Assembly: GCA_963813075.1 (NCBI GenBank)
Contig: CAWEXU010000030.1
Coordinates: 256,001-320,000 of the forward strand
From: Methanotrichaceae archaeon
Lineage (GTDB): Archaea; Halobacteriota; Methanosarcinia; Methanotrichales; Methanotrichaceae
Direction of reading: 5' to 3'
Length of the DNA: 64,000 nt
The position numbers were made by a program, and so were the translations under genes. The notes below the pieces were generated by a model, which was not told the DNA's origin, searched no databases, and saw nothing but the letters and a program-made list of their open reading frames with translations. This document shows, piece by piece, positions 61,699 through 64,000 of the stretch (positions are counted from its first letter, which is position 1; the number at the start of each line of letters is the position of its first letter).

Positions 61699-63049
61699 TT
61701 AGCTTCCTACTACCTTCATTTTGACCTTCAATGTGGGGGTGACTATCGATCCGATGGCCCGGCGGTCAAGGCCTACCTCAATCGTCTTCAGAATATTGAA
61801 GATGTTGCCCGCGAGCATCAGAGATCGGATCGGCTGCGCTTCGCTTCCAGGAGAGATGCGAAAGGCATTTCTCGCCTCGACTGAGAAGTCGCCCGATATG
61901 GGATTGGCGGTATGAGCGCCGATGAGGCCATGGACCAGATAACCCTCTGTCTCCGCCTGCAGGTCGTAGGCCGAGGGCGAGGCAACGATCAGATTTCGCG
62001 AGCCCACCCTGGGGAGATCGGAGTAGCCAGAACGCACCGAGTTTCCGGTGGAGCGAACGCCGTCCTTGCCGGCGGTGTAGCTATCGTAGAGAAATCCCTT
62101 CAGTATCCCCTGCTCGACCAGGACCGTTCTTTGGGAGGGCACTCCCTCCCCATCGAAGGCAGAGGAGTCTATGCCCTCGGGAAGAAGGCCGTCGTCGATG
62201 ATCATGAAATCCTCGGACGCAATCATTTCCCCCACCCGGCCCCGGAGAGAGGAGCGGCCTTTCTGAATGCTATCCGCTTCTAATGAGGAGAGGAATGTGC
62301 CCTCCAGGAGCTCTGCTGCCGCCAGCGGCATCAGCAGCACATCGAATGCCCCGCCCTCCCCTTTGGCTCCGCCCAAAGAGGCCCGGGCCATCTCCCCTGC
62401 CGACTGGCCCACGGACTGCATCGATATGCTCCAGGCGGCGGGAATTGAAAAACTCGCTTCCAGTGGCCACGTCCTCCCTGCGGGCTATGGCCTCCATTGA
62501 GGCCTGCATGAGAGTCGAGGTCTCCACCAGCTCTATCCCCTGAGAGTTGATCACAAATCCCGTGCCAGAGACACAGGCCACCCCGCCCGAAACCGGCTCT
62601 GCCCCATCAACCTCCTGGCAGCCTGCCAGCAGGCTCCGGGCGATGTCGATGCACTCCTCGGGCGTTATCGCTTCCAGCCGCGGATCATAGATCCCCTCGG
62701 GTTCAGTCACCCTCACCGGCTGAGGGAGGGCGACCCAGGAGTCATCTTTGCCCCGCGCCCTGGCCGATCGCACGGCGCTCCTGGCTACGAACTCCAGAAC
62801 AGTCACATCGCTGCTGCTGGAGAATCCGACCGCGCCATTCACCACCGCGCGCAATCCCAGGCCGTGGTGGTAGCTCTCGCTGGCCATCTCCACGTTCTCC
62901 CGGCGTAAGTCGACATCCACACTGCGCCCCACCATGCCGTAAACCTCGGCTTCTGCCGCCCCCTCCTTTAAAGCCAGGGATAGCAGTCGGTGAGCGGATT
63001 CAAGAAGGCTATCCGATGTACCTGAGATCCTCATCCCCACCTGCGTCAA
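61699..63049 (-). CDS. TldD/PmbA-family protein, frameshifted near 62425; start uncertain
   Basis: GLGLRA...GA.GF, FDGEG.P, G.LKGFL, STGN, N.ISGDFS. Confidence 0.88.
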
Positions 63050-63779
63050 ATGGAGACTGGGCCCGCTCCATCTCCTGCAGCTTGCCTATTATCTTCTCCA
63101 TCTCCTTTGCCCTCTCCTCCAGGGCCTGCATCCCCACCTCTATGCCCAGGATCCCGGATAGGACGCGCAGGACCTCTGATGCTGCTTTGGGATCGACCAG
63201 ATAGCCGCTGGTCACACCCATCAGACAGATCACATCCAGTCCCCGCAGGGCTCCCAGCCCCAGCAATAGGCCGGATACGCCTATGATACCGCCGCCCGGC
63301 TCGTTCTCCTGGAAGAGGACCCCCTGCTTTCTCATCTCCTCCACCAGCTCCAGGCTGGTGGCCGCGCCCATCACCGAGGACTTCTCCACGAACTGGCCGG
63401 TACCATAGCCGCCCAGGGCATAGATCCGCCGGACCTTATAGCTCTCAGCGATGTCCAAAAATATGCTGGTCAGCTCGTAGTGACCCTCATTGGTGGCGCT
63501 CTGATAGTCGCCAATGATGATCAATAGATCCGGCTCCCCATTCTCGCCCCGTCGCGCATAGATCTCATTCTTGACCTGCTTGATGGTGCCATCCTCCTTC
63601 ACCATGACCTGAGGAGGAAAATGGGGGGAATAGATCTCAATTATCTTCTCAGCATGCAGCTCTTCCACCATGTGATCGGCCACCAGCTTTCCTACGTGGC
63701 CTACCCCAGGCAGCCCCTCGACCATTATGGGCTCGGTAAGATCTATATCCTTTATGCGAAAAACCAGGGTCTCTTTCAT
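63009..63779 (-). CDS. Proteasome assembly chaperone PAC2-family protein
   Basis: EGLPGVGHVGK, FPPQV, GD.Q, LGGY, GYLVDP, C-terminal YIG. Confidence 0.92.
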   Translation of the reverse strand: MKETLVFRIKDIDLTEPIMVEGLPGVGHVGKLVADHMVEELHAEKIIEIYSPHFPPQVMVKEDGTIKQVKNEIYARRGENGEPDLLIIIGDYQSATNEGHYELTSIFLDIAESYKVRRIYALGGYGTGQFVEKSSVMGAATSLELVEEMRKQGVLFQENEPGGGIIGVSGLLLGLGALRGLDVICLMGVTSGYLVDPKAASEVLRVLSGILGIEVGMQALEERAKEMEKIIGKLQEMERAQSPFDAGGDEDLRYIG

Positions 63780-63937
63780 TCTGCCTCCAAAGCCAGGGCT
63801 CTCCTGTATCTCCCATAGGGATCGTCAGGGGAGAACTTCGCCGGCTTGGTTGGGGCGGCATGGCCTCCGCAGAGGGGACAGATCTCCTTCAGGGTGTATC
63901 GAGCGCAGGACTCGCACCGCAGGATCTTGGATCTCAT
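63776..63937 (-). CDS. nop10: H/ACA RNP protein Nop10 (53 aa, below ORF-track cutoff)
   Basis: MRSKILRCESCARYTLKEICPLCGGHAAPTKPAKFSPDDPYGRYRRALALEAE*. Confidence 0.93.
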   Translation of the reverse strand: MRSKILRCESCARYTLKEICPLCGGHAAPTKPAKFSPDDPYGRYRRALALEAE

Positions 63938-64000
63938 GCCTCTCTGTGGAAAGCGCCCTCTCCGCCGTGTTGTTCTATATAGCTCACTACAGCCTGAGCG
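63934..64000 (-). CDS. C-terminus of translation initiation factor aIF2 alpha (runs off window)
   Basis: AQAVVSYIEQHGGEGAFHREA*; conserved aIF2a-nop10-PAC2 gene order. Confidence 0.75.
   Translation of the reverse strand, partial: AQAVVSYIEQHGGEGAFHREA

Noticed and set aside
1974..63049. Programmed frameshifting or Pyl/Sec readthrough to explain split genes
   Set aside because: Breaks are frame changes rather than in-frame TAG/TGA, and occur in unrelated genes with no common slippery motif.

Overview
Archaeal chromosomal window. Gene content (ftr, porCDAB, purO, RaSEA, DP1, Nop10, aIF2-alpha) and style suggest an acetoclastic methanogen of the Methanothrix/Methanotrichaceae type (inference). 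Housekeeping genes dominate, with tRNA-Thr(GGT) and tRNA-Gly(GCC). Many genes, including normally essential ones (prs, fibrillarin, biotin ligase), are split by single-base frameshifts, most likely long-read consensus errors. Most notable: (1) a ~200-nt highly structured 5' leader with a kissing-loop pseudoknot and an alternative pairing upstream of a DUF1646 cation-transporter gene, a candidate archaeal riboswitch; (2) a 31-41 kb locus of large secreted Cys-rich proteins with a conserved head, different repeat stalks and a conserved WGWY tail; (3) a two-gene operon of secreted proteins with curli/Fap-like Asn-rich repeats; (4) a KaiC-like ATPase coupled to a GT3-like glycogen synthase, GalT and GT4 cluster; (5) an IS1341-type TnpB element with resolvable ends and target motif (TCAT), inserted exactly at a start codon; (6) a decayed Doc toxin convergent with a small antitoxin-like ORF beside tRNA-Gly. 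All family calls are from motif recognition, not database searches.
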